Shown: positions 1 through 12,607 of the stretch, one piece after another | Position numbering within the stretch: position 1 is the first letter of the stretch | How the letters are laid out: each line of letters begins with the position of its first letter | NCBI GenBank assembly: GCA_963703955.1 | Contig: CAVPGK010000020.1 | Coordinates: forward strand, 32,787 to 96,786 | DNA length: 64,000 nucleotides | Direction: 5' to 3' | DNA from: Nitrospirota bacterium | GTDB lineage: Bacteria > Nitrospirota > Nitrospiria > Nitrospirales > Nitrospiraceae | The notes under the pieces: generated by a model | The model's input: only the letters and a program-made list of their open reading frames with translations | The model's database searches: none | Told to the model about the DNA's origin: nothing | Position numbers and translations under genes: made by a program

Positions 1-8
1 CTGAGCTT

Positions 9-728
9 ATGCTTGTTATACCTGCGGTTGACCTCAAGGACGGCCGCTGTGTCCGTCTTCGTCAGGGGGACATGCGGCAAGAGACGACCTACTCGAATGA
101 TCCCCCGGCAATGGCCTTGCATTGGGAGGGGCTAGGCGCGGGGCTGCTTCACATCGTGGATCTGAATGGGGCGATCGACGGCCGACCACAAAACGTCAGC
201 CAGATTGAGTCCATTCTGAAGGCGGTATCGATCCCGGTTCAAATCGGCGGAGGCATTCGCACGATGGAGGCGATCCGTCAGTATCTGTCACAAGGGGCTT
301 CGCGGGTGGTCTTGGGCACCGCGATGCTGGAGAATCCTACGCTTCTTGAACGGGCCTGTGAGAAATTTCCTGGTCGCGTTCTGGTCGGTCTGGATGCCAA
401 GGGCGGAAAAGTGGCCGTGCGGGGTTGGACCAGCGTTTCAGGAACGTTAGCCTCCGATCTCATACCGCGGCTCTTCGGCTATCCCCTGGCAGGTATCATT
501 TACACCGATATCACCAGAGACGGCATGTTGGAGGGACCAAACCTGTCCGCGCTTAGGGAAATCGTGACCTGTTCTCACGTGCCGGTGATTGCGTCCGGAG
601 GCATCTCTCGGGTCGAAGATATACGGGCGATAAAATCCTTGGGCGCTCGCATTGAAGGAGCCATCGTGGGGAAGGCCCTCTATGATGGAAAACTGGATCT
701 GAGAACGGCCGTCGAGGCGGCTTCTTAA
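9..728 (+). CDS. hisA: ProFAR isomerase HisA
   Basis: IPAVDLKDGRCVRL, QIGGGIR, YTDITRDGML, IASGG motifs; his cluster. Confidence 0.97.
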   Translation: MLVIPAVDLKDGRCVRLRQGDMRQETTYSNDPPAMALHWEGLGAGLLHIVDLNGAIDGRPQNVSQIESILKAVSIPVQIGGGIRTMEAIRQYLSQGASRVVLGTAMLENPTLLERACEKFPGRVLVGLDAKGGKVAVRGWTSVSGTLASDLIPRLFGYPLAGIIYTDITRDGMLEGPNLSALREIVTCSHVPVIASGGISRVEDIRAIKSLGARIEGAIVGKALYDGKLDLRTAVEAAS

Positions 729-743
729 GGAGCCGACACCGAC

Positions 744-1526
744 GTGTTGACCAAACGCATCATCCCCTGCCTGGATGTGAAGGACGGCCGTGTGGTGAAA
801 GGTGTGGGGTTTGTGAACCTCCGCGACGCTGGCGACCCGGTGGAGGTCGCGCAAGCTTATGATCGAGATGGGGCGGATGAGCTGTGTTTTCTGGACATTA
901 CGGCGTCCCATGAGAACAGAAAGCCTATTTTGGACGTGGTGGCCCGCACCGCGGAGCAGGTATTCATGCCGCTGACGGTAGGAGGCGGGGTTCGAACGCT
1001 GGAAGATATACGATCTCTGCTCAATGCTGGCTCCGACAAGGTCAGCATTAATACCGCCGCGGTGGAGAATCCTCGCTTTGTCGAGGAAGCCGCCGGTCGC
1101 TTCGGCACGCAGTGTATTGTCGTGGCGATTGACGCGAAGCGGGTTTCCTCGCCCGCGCAACCTTTGCGCTGGAAGGTCTACACCCATGGTGGCCGTCGAT
1201 CAACGGATCATGATGCGGTCGAGTGGGCGCGTCAAATGGAACAGCTCGGCGCCGGAGAAATCTTGTTGACCAGCATGGACCGGGATGGCACGCAGGATGG
1301 GTACGATCTGGAATTGACTGCCGCGGTGTCTGAAGCCGTCTCCATTCCAGTCATTGCGTCAGGCGGCGCGGGCACTCTTGAGCACCTCTGCAATGGGTTC
1401 GTTCTCGGAAAGGCCGATGCGGTCTTGGCCGCCTCGATCTTTCATTATCGAACCTACACGATACAGGAAGCTAAGGCGTATCTGAAGGATCGAGGAATTC
1501 CGGTGAGGTTTACGAAGGATTCCTGA
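744..1526 (+). CDS. hisF: Imidazole glycerol phosphate synthase cyclase subunit
   Basis: [26 protein letters not shown] motifs. Confidence 0.97.
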   Translation: MLTKRIIPCLDVKDGRVVKGVGFVNLRDAGDPVEVAQAYDRDGADELCFLDITASHENRKPILDVVARTAEQVFMPLTVGGGVRTLEDIRSLLNAGSDKVSINTAAVENPRFVEEAAGRFGTQCIVVAIDAKRVSSPAQPLRWKVYTHGGRRSTDHDAVEWARQMEQLGAGEILLTSMDRDGTQDGYDLELTAAVSEAVSIPVIASGGAGTLEHLCNGFVLGKADAVLAASIFHYRTYTIQEAKAYLKDRGIPVRFTKDS

Positions 1527-1554
1527 ATGCGGAATGCCGATTGCTGAGTTGACG

Positions 1555-2241
1555 ATGACTGACGTTCGCCGTATCCGATTCGATGATGAGGGGTTGGCCC
1601 CCGCTGTGGTCCAGGACTGGCGGGATGGGACCGTCCTCATGCTGGGATTCATGAACCAGGAAGCCCTGGATCGAACGGTGAAAACGAAGCACGTGCATTT
1701 CTGGAGTCGTTCCCGAAAGGCACTCTGGAAAAAGGGAGAAACTTCCGGGCATTACCTTGTCCTCAAAGATCTTTTTCTCGACTGCGACCTCGATACCGTC
1801 CTCGTGAAAGCGGAGCCGGTCGGCCCGACCTGTCACACCGGTGAGCCTTCCTGTTTCTTTACACGGCTCGCGGACGATGGAGCGCCGGATGCCGGCAAAA
1901 CGGGTGATGCGTTGGGTGGGGTCCTTGAGCGGATCTATCGGACGATTCTGGATCGAAAGCAGGTGCCTCAACACGGCTCCTATGTGACTTCGCTGTTCGA
2001 GGGCGGGATCGACCGCATCTTGAAAAAGGTGGTCGAGGAGGCCGGAGAAGTGGTCCTCGGATCCAAAAACGCGAAGCGAGAGGAAGTGGTCCACGAAGTG
2101 GCCGATCTCTTCTTTCACACGCTTATCGTACTTGGTTACCATGACATTACTCCACAGGAAGTCTATCGGGAATTAGCCAACCGCCTAGGAAAATCCGGCC
2201 TTCGGCCGGAGAAAACCAAAGGGAGAATCCCCAGTGAGTAA
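1555..2241 (+). CDS. hisIE: Bifunctional PR-AMP cyclohydrolase / PR-ATP pyrophosphatase (start could be 1534)
   Basis: WSRSRKALWKKGETSG, DCDLD, CHTG, KKVVEEAGEV, EVADLFFH. Confidence 0.95.
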   Translation: MTDVRRIRFDDEGLAPAVVQDWRDGTVLMLGFMNQEALDRTVKTKHVHFWSRSRKALWKKGETSGHYLVLKDLFLDCDLDTVLVKAEPVGPTCHTGEPSCFFTRLADDGAPDAGKTGDALGGVLERIYRTILDRKQVPQHGSYVTSLFEGGIDRILKKVVEEAGEVVLGSKNAKREEVVHEVADLFFHTLIVLGYHDITPQEVYRELANRLGKSGLRPEKTKGRIPSE

Positions 2242-2578
2242 TTGTCTGTTTTGTCGCATCGTAGAGCGGACGATTCCTTCCAAGATTCTCTTTGAAGACG
2301 ATGTGGCCTTGGCGTTTGAGGACATCAATCCCCAGGCACCGGTTCATGCACTGGTCATCCCCAAGCGTCACGTCCGATCTGTCGATGAATTGGAAGGCGT
2401 AGCAGCCGGGCTGTTGAGCCATCTCTTGCTGACCTGTGTGAAGATCGCGAATCTGCAGGGCATTGCCCAGTCGGGCTATCGACTTGTCACCAACACGGGG
2501 GCGAATGGAGGTCAGACGGTCTTTCACCTGCATATGCACGTTCTGGGCGGCCGTCCGATGCGGTGGCCACCAGGATAG
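2234..2578 (+). CDS. Histidine triad nucleotide-binding protein (HinT-like)
   Basis: CLFCRI N-terminus and GQTVFHLHMHVLGGR triad. Confidence 0.93.
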   Translation: MSNCLFCRIVERTIPSKILFEDDVALAFEDINPQAPVHALVIPKRHVRSVDELEGVAAGLLSHLLLTCVKIANLQGIAQSGYRLVTNTGANGGQTVFHLHMHVLGGRPMRWPPG

Positions 2579-2594
2579 ATGATCTCGTCTGTCT

Positions 2595-2624
2595 TTGACG
2601 CGGCATGAATAGGTTTGTTAGACT
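2595..2624 (+). promoter_or_regulatory. Putative sigma70 promoter for dnaG
   Basis: TTGACG-18nt-TAGACT with TG upstream of the -10. Confidence 0.5.
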
Positions 2625-2702
2625 AGTCGGTCGTTCTTATTCCGATGAGTAACCTCGACAAGCTCGGTAAGAGAGGGCCGTGGGCAACCAGGAGCGCAAT
2701 CG

Positions 2703-4526
2703 GTGATGAGCCAGGGCCTGATTCCGCAGGACGTCGTTGATCAAGTTCGCGAACGCATCGACATTGCAGAAGTGATCTCCGGCTATGTCACTCTGTCCCG
2801 AACGGGCCAGAATCTGAAAGGCCTCTGTCCGTTCCACGCTGAAAAAACACCGTCCTTTACCGTCAGTCCTTCCCGGCAGATCTTTCATTGCTTCGGCTGC
2901 GGGGCCGGCGGCAACGTCTTCACCTTTCTGATGAAGATCGGAGGGACGAGCTTTCCAGAGACGGTCCGTGAGTGTGGTCGGCGCGCCGGAATTGCGGTGC
3001 CAATGGCCATCGAGCCGCCATGCGCCGACCTTCGTCAACGGGCGCGTCTTGAGCAGGTGGTTGGGGCCGCCGCCTTGTGGTTTCAGCGGAACCTTCTGGA
3101 CGCAACTGTTGGCCAGGATGCCCTGATGTACCTCGAACACCGCGGCATTCGGCGGCAGACTATCGAGGTGTTTAGGTTAGGAGTAGCGCCGGCGGCGTGG
3201 GATGGCCTGCTCGGCTGCCTTTCCAAGGAAGGCTACTCGCCATCGGAACTCGCCACGGCTGGGCTTGTCGTGGTGAAGGATCAGGCGGGGCGTCGGCCAC
3301 AGGACGCCGGTGGATATTATGATCGATTCCGCGGCCGATTGATGATCCCCATTTCAGATCTCCAGAAGTGCGTGGTTGCGTTTGGAGGTCGAATCCTGGG
3401 AGACGGGGAACCCAAGTACCTCAATTCGCCGGAAACCCCGCTCTTCAACAAGGGCCGTACCTTGTATGGATTGGAGCGGGCCCGGGAGGCCGCCGCTCGG
3501 ACGAATCAATTGATCGTCGTGGAAGGGTATTTCGATGCCATCGCGCTGCATCAAGCGGGCATCTCCAATGTGGTCGCCACGCTGGGGACCGCCTTAACCC
3601 CTGACCACCTCCGAACCATTCGGCGCTTTGCAAGCAAGGTGGTTCTCCTGTTCGATCCTGATTTGGCTGGCGTGAGGGCGTCGCTACGAACATTGGATCT
3701 CTTTGTGGACAGCGGGATTGGAGTGACGGTGATGTCTCTTCCGGACGGCCAGGACCCGGACGCCTATGTCAGGAAAAACGGCGCGGAGACCTTCGCAAGA
3801 CTCCAGGAGCGCGCCCAAAGCCTGTTAGACTTTGCCGTCGAGCACAGTTTGCAGAGCGCGGCATCTGGAACGATCGATGATCGTATCAGGAGCGTCGATG
3901 ACATTCTTCGGATTCTGCAGAAGACCGGTCATCGGATCGAAAAGGAGGAATGCCTTCGACGGGTGGCGGAACGGCTGGGGATCAGCCAGCAACGGCTGAT
4001 CGAACGATACCCGGAGCTCTTGCCAAAGCCTAAGCAGCCGGGTCGGAGAGGGCCTGTGACTTCGGCAAGCGAGCCCCGCATGAAGCGCAATCCGGAAGAG
4101 TGGGACCTTGTCCACCTTCTGCTCCAGGGTCAGTTGAGCGCTGCCCAGATTCGCGCGCTTCAGGTTGAGGCTTTTGCGGTCCCGACCTGCCGCAGGATTG
4201 TGCAGATTGCCCTGAGCCATCTGGATCCGGACGGACGTGTCCAGATTCGCTCTCTCTTGGACGAGGCGATGACTGAGCCAGACTGCGGATCGGCGGTGAC
4301 GGAGCTCTCGATGTCAGAGCGGCACTTCGACGATGTTGCGGCGTACGTGAACGGATGTCTTGAGACCTTGGAGCGGAAACGGCGTGAGCAGGCGCTTGAG
4401 GAGCTCATTATCCGGCTCCGAACGGCGGAGCAGGAAGGCCGGACAGAAGAAGCCCGCCGACTGAATGCGCAGGTCAATGACCTGCGCGTAAAGAAGGCAG
4501 CAGTGCCGTTATTGCCGGCTACCTAG
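2703..4526 (+). CDS. dnaG: DNA primase
   Basis: CPFHAEKTPSF..CFGC zinc finger, KYLNSPET, VEGYFD Toprim. Confidence 0.97.
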   Translation: MMSQGLIPQDVVDQVRERIDIAEVISGYVTLSRTGQNLKGLCPFHAEKTPSFTVSPSRQIFHCFGCGAGGNVFTFLMKIGGTSFPETVRECGRRAGIAVPMAIEPPCADLRQRARLEQVVGAAALWFQRNLLDATVGQDALMYLEHRGIRRQTIEVFRLGVAPAAWDGLLGCLSKEGYSPSELATAGLVVVKDQAGRRPQDAGGYYDRFRGRLMIPISDLQKCVVAFGGRILGDGEPKYLNSPETPLFNKGRTLYGLERAREAAARTNQLIVVEGYFDAIALHQAGISNVVATLGTALTPDHLRTIRRFASKVVLLFDPDLAGVRASLRTLDLFVDSGIGVTVMSLPDGQDPDAYVRKNGAETFARLQERAQSLLDFAVEHSLQSAASGTIDDRIRSVDDILRILQKTGHRIEKEECLRRVAERLGISQQRLIERYPELLPKPKQPGRRGPVTSASEPRMKRNPEEWDLVHLLLQGQLSAAQIRALQVEAFAVPTCRRIVQIALSHLDPDGRVQIRSLLDEAMTEPDCGSAVTELSMSERHFDDVAAYVNGCLETLERKRREQALEELIIRLRTAEQEGRTEEARRLNAQVNDLRVKKAAVPLLPAT

Positions 4527-4711
4527 TTTCTAGCCGCATAACAGCCGAACGAAGCCATGTGATGATAAAAGACACGGTGAACGACAGGCTGCTTGAGAGG
4601 ACCATCAATGCGTAAGATGTTCATGCTCGGAGCGAACGGCGTGAGGTGATGAGCGGTTCGTTCGACTGAGAAGACTGCCGGAGGGCTTTCTCAGCAGTGT
4701 GGAGGAGGTTT

Positions 4712-6517
<1,806 letters not shown>

Positions 6518-6536
6518 CGGGAACGGTACTCTTGGA

Positions 6537-6565
6537 TTGACAGGTCTCGGGCGCAAGATTAGAAT
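6537..6565 (+). promoter_or_regulatory. sigma70 promoter of the tRNA
   Basis: TTGACA-17nt-TAGAAT. Confidence 0.75.
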
Positions 6566-6599
6566 CGCGCATCGAGTCCGAAGGTGATGCGAACCGACG

Positions 6600-6676
6600 G
6601 GGCCCATAGCTCAGTTGGTCAGAGCGGCGGACTCATAATCCGTTGGTCCCAGGTTCGAGTCCTGGTGGGCCCACCA
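6600..6676 (+). tRNA. tRNA with CAT anticodon, most likely tRNA-Ile2 (lysidine-modified)
   Basis: GGGCCCA/TGGGCCC acceptor stem, GCGGA-CTCATAA-TCCGT anticodon arm, GGTTCGAGTCC T-loop, encoded CCA; position after rpoD is typical of Ile2. Confidence 0.93.
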
Positions 6677-6728
6677 AAGAGTGTGAACACAAACGACCCC
6701 ATGCATCCCAACGACCATCGAGGCCACG

Positions 6729-7499
6729 TTGAATCCGCAACTTTCGTCGCTGATTGAGCTTCAAGCTCTTGATCTCAGAATCCTCGAGATCAAGGAACAA
6801 GACAGAAAGATTCCCACCCTTCTTCAAGCCGCCGAAACCCCTCTTCAGGAAGCCCGACAGCATCTTCAAAAGGCTACGGCCTCAGTGGAAACGCTGGCGA
6901 AGGAACGCCGCGATCGCGAGCGTGATCTGGAGGCCCACGAAGCCCAGGTCGGAAAGCTGAGGGCCCGCCTCATGGAACTGAAGACGAACAAGGAATACCA
7001 AGCCCACCTATTCGAGATTGAAATGGCGAATAAGAAGAAGGGGGAAATCGAAGAACAGATTCTGACCCTGATGGAGCGTGTCGAGAAGCAGCAGGAGGAA
7101 GCCCAGCAGGCCAAGGCAAGGGCTAGTGAGGCCGAACGCATGTTCGCCCAGGAGAAAGTTCGGCTGGAGACCCTTGCGGCTGGCTTGGGGCTAGAGCTTG
7201 CCCAACTGGATCAGAAACAAAACGAGGTGGTTGCGCTGGTGGACAAGAGCTTGTTCGCTCGATACACCAGGCTGAAGGCGGGACGAAAGGATCTGGCGCT
7301 CGCCCCGATCAGAAACGGCATTTGCGCCGGGTGTCGCCTGCAGCTTCCGCCCCAATTGGTGGCGGAAGTCAAACGTTCCGATGAATTACAGACCTGCACG
7401 TATTGCCACCGCATCCTTTATTGGGAAGTCGAGCCGATGAGTGCTCCGACGGCCCCCACTTCCCGGCGCGATGAAGAAGATCTTCAGGAGACGATCTAA
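6729..7499 (+). CDS. Coiled-coil protein with C4-type zinc ribbon (DUF164-like)
   Basis: Long coiled coil followed by CAGC...CTYCHRIL. Confidence 0.85.
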   Translation: MNPQLSSLIELQALDLRILEIKEQDRKIPTLLQAAETPLQEARQHLQKATASVETLAKERRDRERDLEAHEAQVGKLRARLMELKTNKEYQAHLFEIEMANKKKGEIEEQILTLMERVEKQQEEAQQAKARASEAERMFAQEKVRLETLAAGLGLELAQLDQKQNEVVALVDKSLFARYTRLKAGRKDLALAPIRNGICAGCRLQLPPQLVAEVKRSDELQTCTYCHRILYWEVEPMSAPTAPTSRRDEEDLQETI

Positions 7500-8158
7500 A
7501 CGCCTGTGCTCCCGGCCATCACGGTCTGAGTCGTCTTGAAGTGCAGCTTGGCAACAGTCGCCAGCCGCTCCCGCCCGTGTTTCTTGATGATCATTCGCGC
7601 CGCCAGCTCGACGGCTGGTGAGGCTCCTTTGGGTAACGTGGTTCCGACCTCGTTCGAAAGGCGCGCAAGCCTGATCAGAAACTCGGCTCTTGCGAGGATT
7701 GAGGCAGCGGCGACCGCCAGATCGTCTTCCGCTTTCGGCCGCTGAATCAACCGAATTCGCTTTCCCTTTTCCAAGAGGGCGTTGAGGATGAACCGCTCAT
7801 CGCCGAACTGGTCTGAGATCGCCAAGGCGCAGTCCGTGTTCTCCAGGATATTTTCCAGTGCGCGGGCATGTCCCCAGGCGAGAAGCCGATTCAGGTTGCG
7901 AATTTTCGCGTAGAGGTCGTTATAGCGTTGGGGGCCGATTGCGACGACACTGTGCTTGCACACCTGGCGAATGTCGGGAGCCATCTCCAGAACTCGCCCG
8001 TCGGAGATCCGCTTACTGTCCCGAACCTGCATCAGCTTGAGGTCCTGTTCGGACTGCGGCGTCACCAAGACCGCGGCAATGACCAGCGGGCCGAAGTAGT
8101 CGCCCTTTCCGGATTCATCGATCCCGATTCGCTCGTCCGGACAAGTGGCGTGAGTCAT
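7496..8158 (-). CDS. rnhC: Ribonuclease HIII (catalytic domain only)
   Basis: IGIDESGKGDYFGPLV, VRDSK, AVAAASILAR, AKLHFKT. Confidence 0.88.
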   Translation of the reverse strand: MTHATCPDERIGIDESGKGDYFGPLVIAAVLVTPQSEQDLKLMQVRDSKRISDGRVLEMAPDIRQVCKHSVVAIGPQRYNDLYAKIRNLNRLLAWGHARALENILENTDCALAISDQFGDERFILNALLEKGKRIRLIQRPKAEDDLAVAAASILARAEFLIRLARLSNEVGTTLPKGASPAVELAARMIIKKHGRERLATVAKLHFKTTQTVMAGSTGV

Positions 8159-8235
8159 CTCATGGCCGACGGTGGAGCAGCAGGCTTGGTTGGGGGGCGT
8201 AATCTAACAGACCGCTTTCGCGCGGTCAATTCACC

Positions 8236-8265
8236 TTGAAACCGCACGCGGACGGCGCGTATACT
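8236..8265 (+). promoter_or_regulatory. Putative rnpB promoter
   Basis: TTGAAA-18nt-TATACT just before the RNA 5' end. Confidence 0.6.
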
Positions 8266-8276
8266 TTCACGCGCAC

Positions 8277-8673
8277 TGGAGTGGACCGGGTGGTCGCTCG
8301 TGGGAAACTGCGGGAGGAAAGTCCGGACTCCATAGGGCAGGGTGCTGGGTAACGCCCAGGCGGGGTGATCCGACACCGGCGCCACAGAGAACAGACCGCC
8401 GATGGCCCGCGAGGGATCAGGCAAGGGTGAAACGGCGGGGTAAGAGCCCACCGCATCTGTTGCAACACAGATGGCACGGCAAGCGTCGCCCGGAGCAAGG
8501 CCAAATAGGAGGACGTTCCAAGCTGCCATCAGCAGCCAGGAATCGGTTGGCCCGACCGAAGTCCTCGGGTAGGTCGCTGGAAGCTTGGGGTGACCCGAGC
8601 TCAAGAGAAATGATCACCCCCGTCTCAGAGCTGATCTGAAGCGGGACAGAATCCGGCTTATAGGTCCTCTCCA
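8277..8673 (+). ncRNA. rnpB: RNase P RNA (type A)
   Basis: GAGGAAAGTCCGGACTCC, GGGTAACGCCC, AGGGTGAAACGGCGGGGTAAGAGCCCACC, GAGCAAGGCCAAATAG, ACAGAATCCGGCTTA; terminal P1 pairing. Confidence 0.97.
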
Positions 8674-8913
8674 GCGCGCCTTTTTAATAGCTGCTCGCAA
8701 TTCCCGCTCAGTCACCTGGCCGGCAAAACGCTCCACGCGATCAATGAGGACCACGGGAATACGCGTCCCATGCCGATACGACAGATCGGGGTCGCCCGAA
8801 ATGTCGATGTGCTCAAGACGGAACGGGATGTCGATCTGTATTCGTCGGGCCATCCGTAGAACCACCTCGCACAGATGGCAGTCCTGTCTGGAGAATATGG
8901 TGACGTCGGTCAT
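8614..8913 (-). CDS. Glutaredoxin-like protein (DUF836-like)
   Basis: FSRQDCHLC, IPVVLID. Confidence 0.85.
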   Translation of the reverse strand: MTDVTIFSRQDCHLCEVVLRMARRIQIDIPFRLEHIDISGDPDLSYRHGTRIPVVLIDRVERFAGQVTERELRAAIKKARWRGPISRILSRFRSALRRG

Positions 8914-9041
8914 GCTGAATGCTGTGAATGTAGTGTTCGCAGTCTACCCAATGTGAACCGAAAGCGTACCGCATATGACATGGAACTCCAAGGCAGACGG
9001 ACCACACGAAAGCGTGACAGGTCTCGGGTGCATGATCCGCA

Positions 9042-9071
9042 TTGACTTCGTTGTGAGGCTGCTGCTATCAT
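9042..9071 (+). promoter_or_regulatory. Putative ilvB promoter
   Basis: TTGACT-18nt-TATCAT with extended -10 TG. Confidence 0.55.
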
Positions 9072-9130
9072 GAAAGACTCTTTCCTTTTGTTTTTCAGCA
9101 CCTTTCCCTTAGATTACTGCGAGGCAATCG

Positions 9131-10903
9131 ATGAAACTCACCGGCGCGGAAATATTTCTGGAGGCCCTCAAGCGTGAGGGGGTCAAGACCCTTTTTGCGC
9201 TTCCGGGAGGGGTTGTCCTCAAGATCTTCGATGTTCTACACCAGCAGAAGGATATCGATGTCATTCTCACCCGCCATGAACAGGGTGCCGGACATATGGC
9301 TGAAGGCTATGCCAAGGCGACGGGAAAGCCTGGCGTGGCCCTCGTGACGTCCGGGCCCGGGATGAGCAATGTGGTTACGGCGTTGGTGGACGCCTACATG
9401 GATTCGGTCCCGTTCGTCTGCTTTTCCGGTCAAGTGCCGACCAGCATGATTGGGAACGATGCCTTTCAGGAGGCCGATAACATCGGGCTGAGTCGACCCT
9501 GCACGAAGTATAACTTTCTTGTCAAAGATGTGAATGATCTCGCCGTGACCATCAAGGAAGCTTTCTACGTGGCGACCACCGGCCGTCCAGGTCCTGTCCT
9601 TGTCGATATTCCAAAAGACGTGTCGATGAACAAGGCGGATTTTACGTATCCTGGGTCGGTCTCGATCCGAGGGTATAACCCGACCTATGACGGGAACAAG
9701 TGGCAGATCAAACAGGCGGCTGAGGCGATCACCAAAGCCAAAAAACCGATCTTCTACGTGGGCGGGGGGGTGATTTTTTCCGGCGCGTCCGAGGAATTGA
9801 TCGAGTTGGCGGAGATGACGCAGATCCCCGTCGACATGACGCTGATGGCTCTCGGGGGATTTCCGGGCGATCATCCGCTCTCAATGGGCATGATGGGGAT
9901 GCACGGGACCTACTGGGCGAATATGGCCGTGCACTACTCCGATCTCGTGATCGCAGTGGGGGCTCGTTTCGATGACCGAGTGACCGGGAAGGTGTCTGAA
10001 TTTTGCCCCTATGCGAAAGTCATTCATATTGATATCGATCCCACCTCGATTCGAAAAAACGTCAATGTGGACATTCCGATCGTCGGCGATTGCAAGCGGG
10101 TGCTGAGAGAATTGATTCAAGTCCTCCGCGCCACCGTGAACGGTGATCAGAAGGACCTCAGGAAACCTTGGTGGGATCAAATCAATGAATGGAGGCGGGC
10201 GAACCCGCTGACCTATCAGCAGGATCCGGACGGACCCATCAAGCCGCAACACCTGATCAAGCGGTTATATGATCTCACCAAAGATCGCGACCCGATCGTG
10301 GCGACCGATGTCGGCCAGCATCAGATGTGGGCCGCGCAATACTACAAATTGGCCAAGCCTCGTCGGTGGTTGACATCCGGAGGGTTGGGGACCATGGGCT
10401 TCGGGTTTCCCGCCGCAATGGGTGCACAGGCCGCATATCCGGACAAGCTCGTCCTGTGTGTCTCAGGAGACGGCAGCGTACAGATGAATACTCAAGAGTT
10501 GGCCACGGCGGTCGTCAATAAGCTGCCGGTGAAGGTGGTGATCGTCAATAACCGATTCCACGGGATGGTCCGTCAGTGGCAGGATCTCTTCTATGAAGGT
10601 CGGTACGCGTCGAGCTACTTGGACGTCACGCCCGACTTCGTCAAACTCGCGGAGGCGTATGGCGCCGTGGGGCTTCGAGCGACGAAGGTCTCGGAGCTTG
10701 ATGATGCGATCAAGGAGGCGGTTGCGGTGGATAAACCGGTTCTTGTGGACGTGCCGGTTGACCAGTACGAGAATTGCTATCCAATGATTCCGGCGGGTGG
10801 CTGCAACCACGAGATGATTCTGAGCGATCCACCTGGAGTCAAGAAAAAGGGAGCCGGCGGCCAGGTCACGCCTGAGGACAAAGATACGGTATTGACCGCC
10901 TAG
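9131..10903 (+). CDS. ilvB: Acetolactate synthase large subunit
   Basis: RHEQGAGHMAEGY, TSGPG, GDGS...NN TPP motif. Confidence 0.97.
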   Translation: MKLTGAEIFLEALKREGVKTLFALPGGVVLKIFDVLHQQKDIDVILTRHEQGAGHMAEGYAKATGKPGVALVTSGPGMSNVVTALVDAYMDSVPFVCFSGQVPTSMIGNDAFQEADNIGLSRPCTKYNFLVKDVNDLAVTIKEAFYVATTGRPGPVLVDIPKDVSMNKADFTYPGSVSIRGYNPTYDGNKWQIKQAAEAITKAKKPIFYVGGGVIFSGASEELIELAEMTQIPVDMTLMALGGFPGDHPLSMGMMGMHGTYWANMAVHYSDLVIAVGARFDDRVTGKVSEFCPYAKVIHIDIDPTSIRKNVNVDIPIVGDCKRVLRELIQVLRATVNGDQKDLRKPWWDQINEWRRANPLTYQQDPDGPIKPQHLIKRLYDLTKDRDPIVATDVGQHQMWAAQYYKLAKPRRWLTSGGLGTMGFGFPAAMGAQAAYPDKLVLCVSGDGSVQMNTQELATAVVNKLPVKVVIVNNRFHGMVRQWQDLFYEGRYASSYLDVTPDFVKLAEAYGAVGLRATKVSELDDAIKEAVAVDKPVLVDVPVDQYENCYPMIPAGGCNHEMILSDPPGVKKKGAGGQVTPEDKDTVLTA

Positions 10904-10983
10904 TGCGTGCGGCCTGCGGCGCAGTCTAAATGAATTGTGGGCTCGACTCAGACTCATGAGTCAACACTCACGACCATACGCGT

Positions 10984-11502
10984 ATGGAACACATTATTTC
11001 CGTCACCGTGGAGAACAAGTTCGGCGTCCTCTCGAGAGTCGCTGGGTTGTTCAGCGGGCGCGGGTTCAACATTGAAAGTCTGTCGGTGGCTCCGACCCTG
11101 GATTCGTCGATGTCCATGATGACGATCGTGACCTCGGGTGATGATCGAATCATCGAGCAGATTGTAAAACAGCTCAATAAGTTGATCGACGTTATCAAGG
11201 TGGTGGATCTGAACGAGAGCGAGTTCGTGGAACGGGAGACCGCGCTGATCAAGGTCCACACGAAACCCGAAGATCGCGCGGAAGCCTTACGGATCACCGA
11301 TATCTTTCGGGCCAATGTTATCGATTCCACTCCGACAACCTATACCATCGAGGTGACGGGCGATGTCAGGAAGGTTGAGGCGATGATCAACCTGCTTCAG
11401 CCGCTGGGGATCAAAGAACTGATCAGAACCGGCCGGGTGGCCATTGCGCGGGAAGTGGTCCGGACGGCCACAGCGCAGCCGAAACGGGTTGCCAAAGACT
11501 GA
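10984..11502 (+). CDS. ilvN: Acetolactate synthase small subunit
   Basis: ACT domain VENKFGVLSRVAGLFSGRGFNIESL. Confidence 0.96.
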   Translation: MEHIISVTVENKFGVLSRVAGLFSGRGFNIESLSVAPTLDSSMSMMTIVTSGDDRIIEQIVKQLNKLIDVIKVVDLNESEFVERETALIKVHTKPEDRAEALRITDIFRANVIDSTPTTYTIEVTGDVRKVEAMINLLQPLGIKELIRTGRVAIAREVVRTATAQPKRVAKD

Positions 11503-11526
11503 CAACGCTCCACTGCGAATCATTGA

Positions 11527-12582
<1,056 letters not shown>

Positions 12583-12607
12583 GGGATTGGGGTCAGCGGG
12601 TCGATAA

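Noticed and set aside
1524..1565. Imperfect 7-nt periodic repeats (also about 18838-18895 and 55778-55850)
   Set aside because: Short and degenerate; no function can be supported
6600..6676. Initiator tRNA-fMet
   Set aside because: Paired G1-C72 and no GGG/CCC anticodon stem; sequence and position fit Ile2 better
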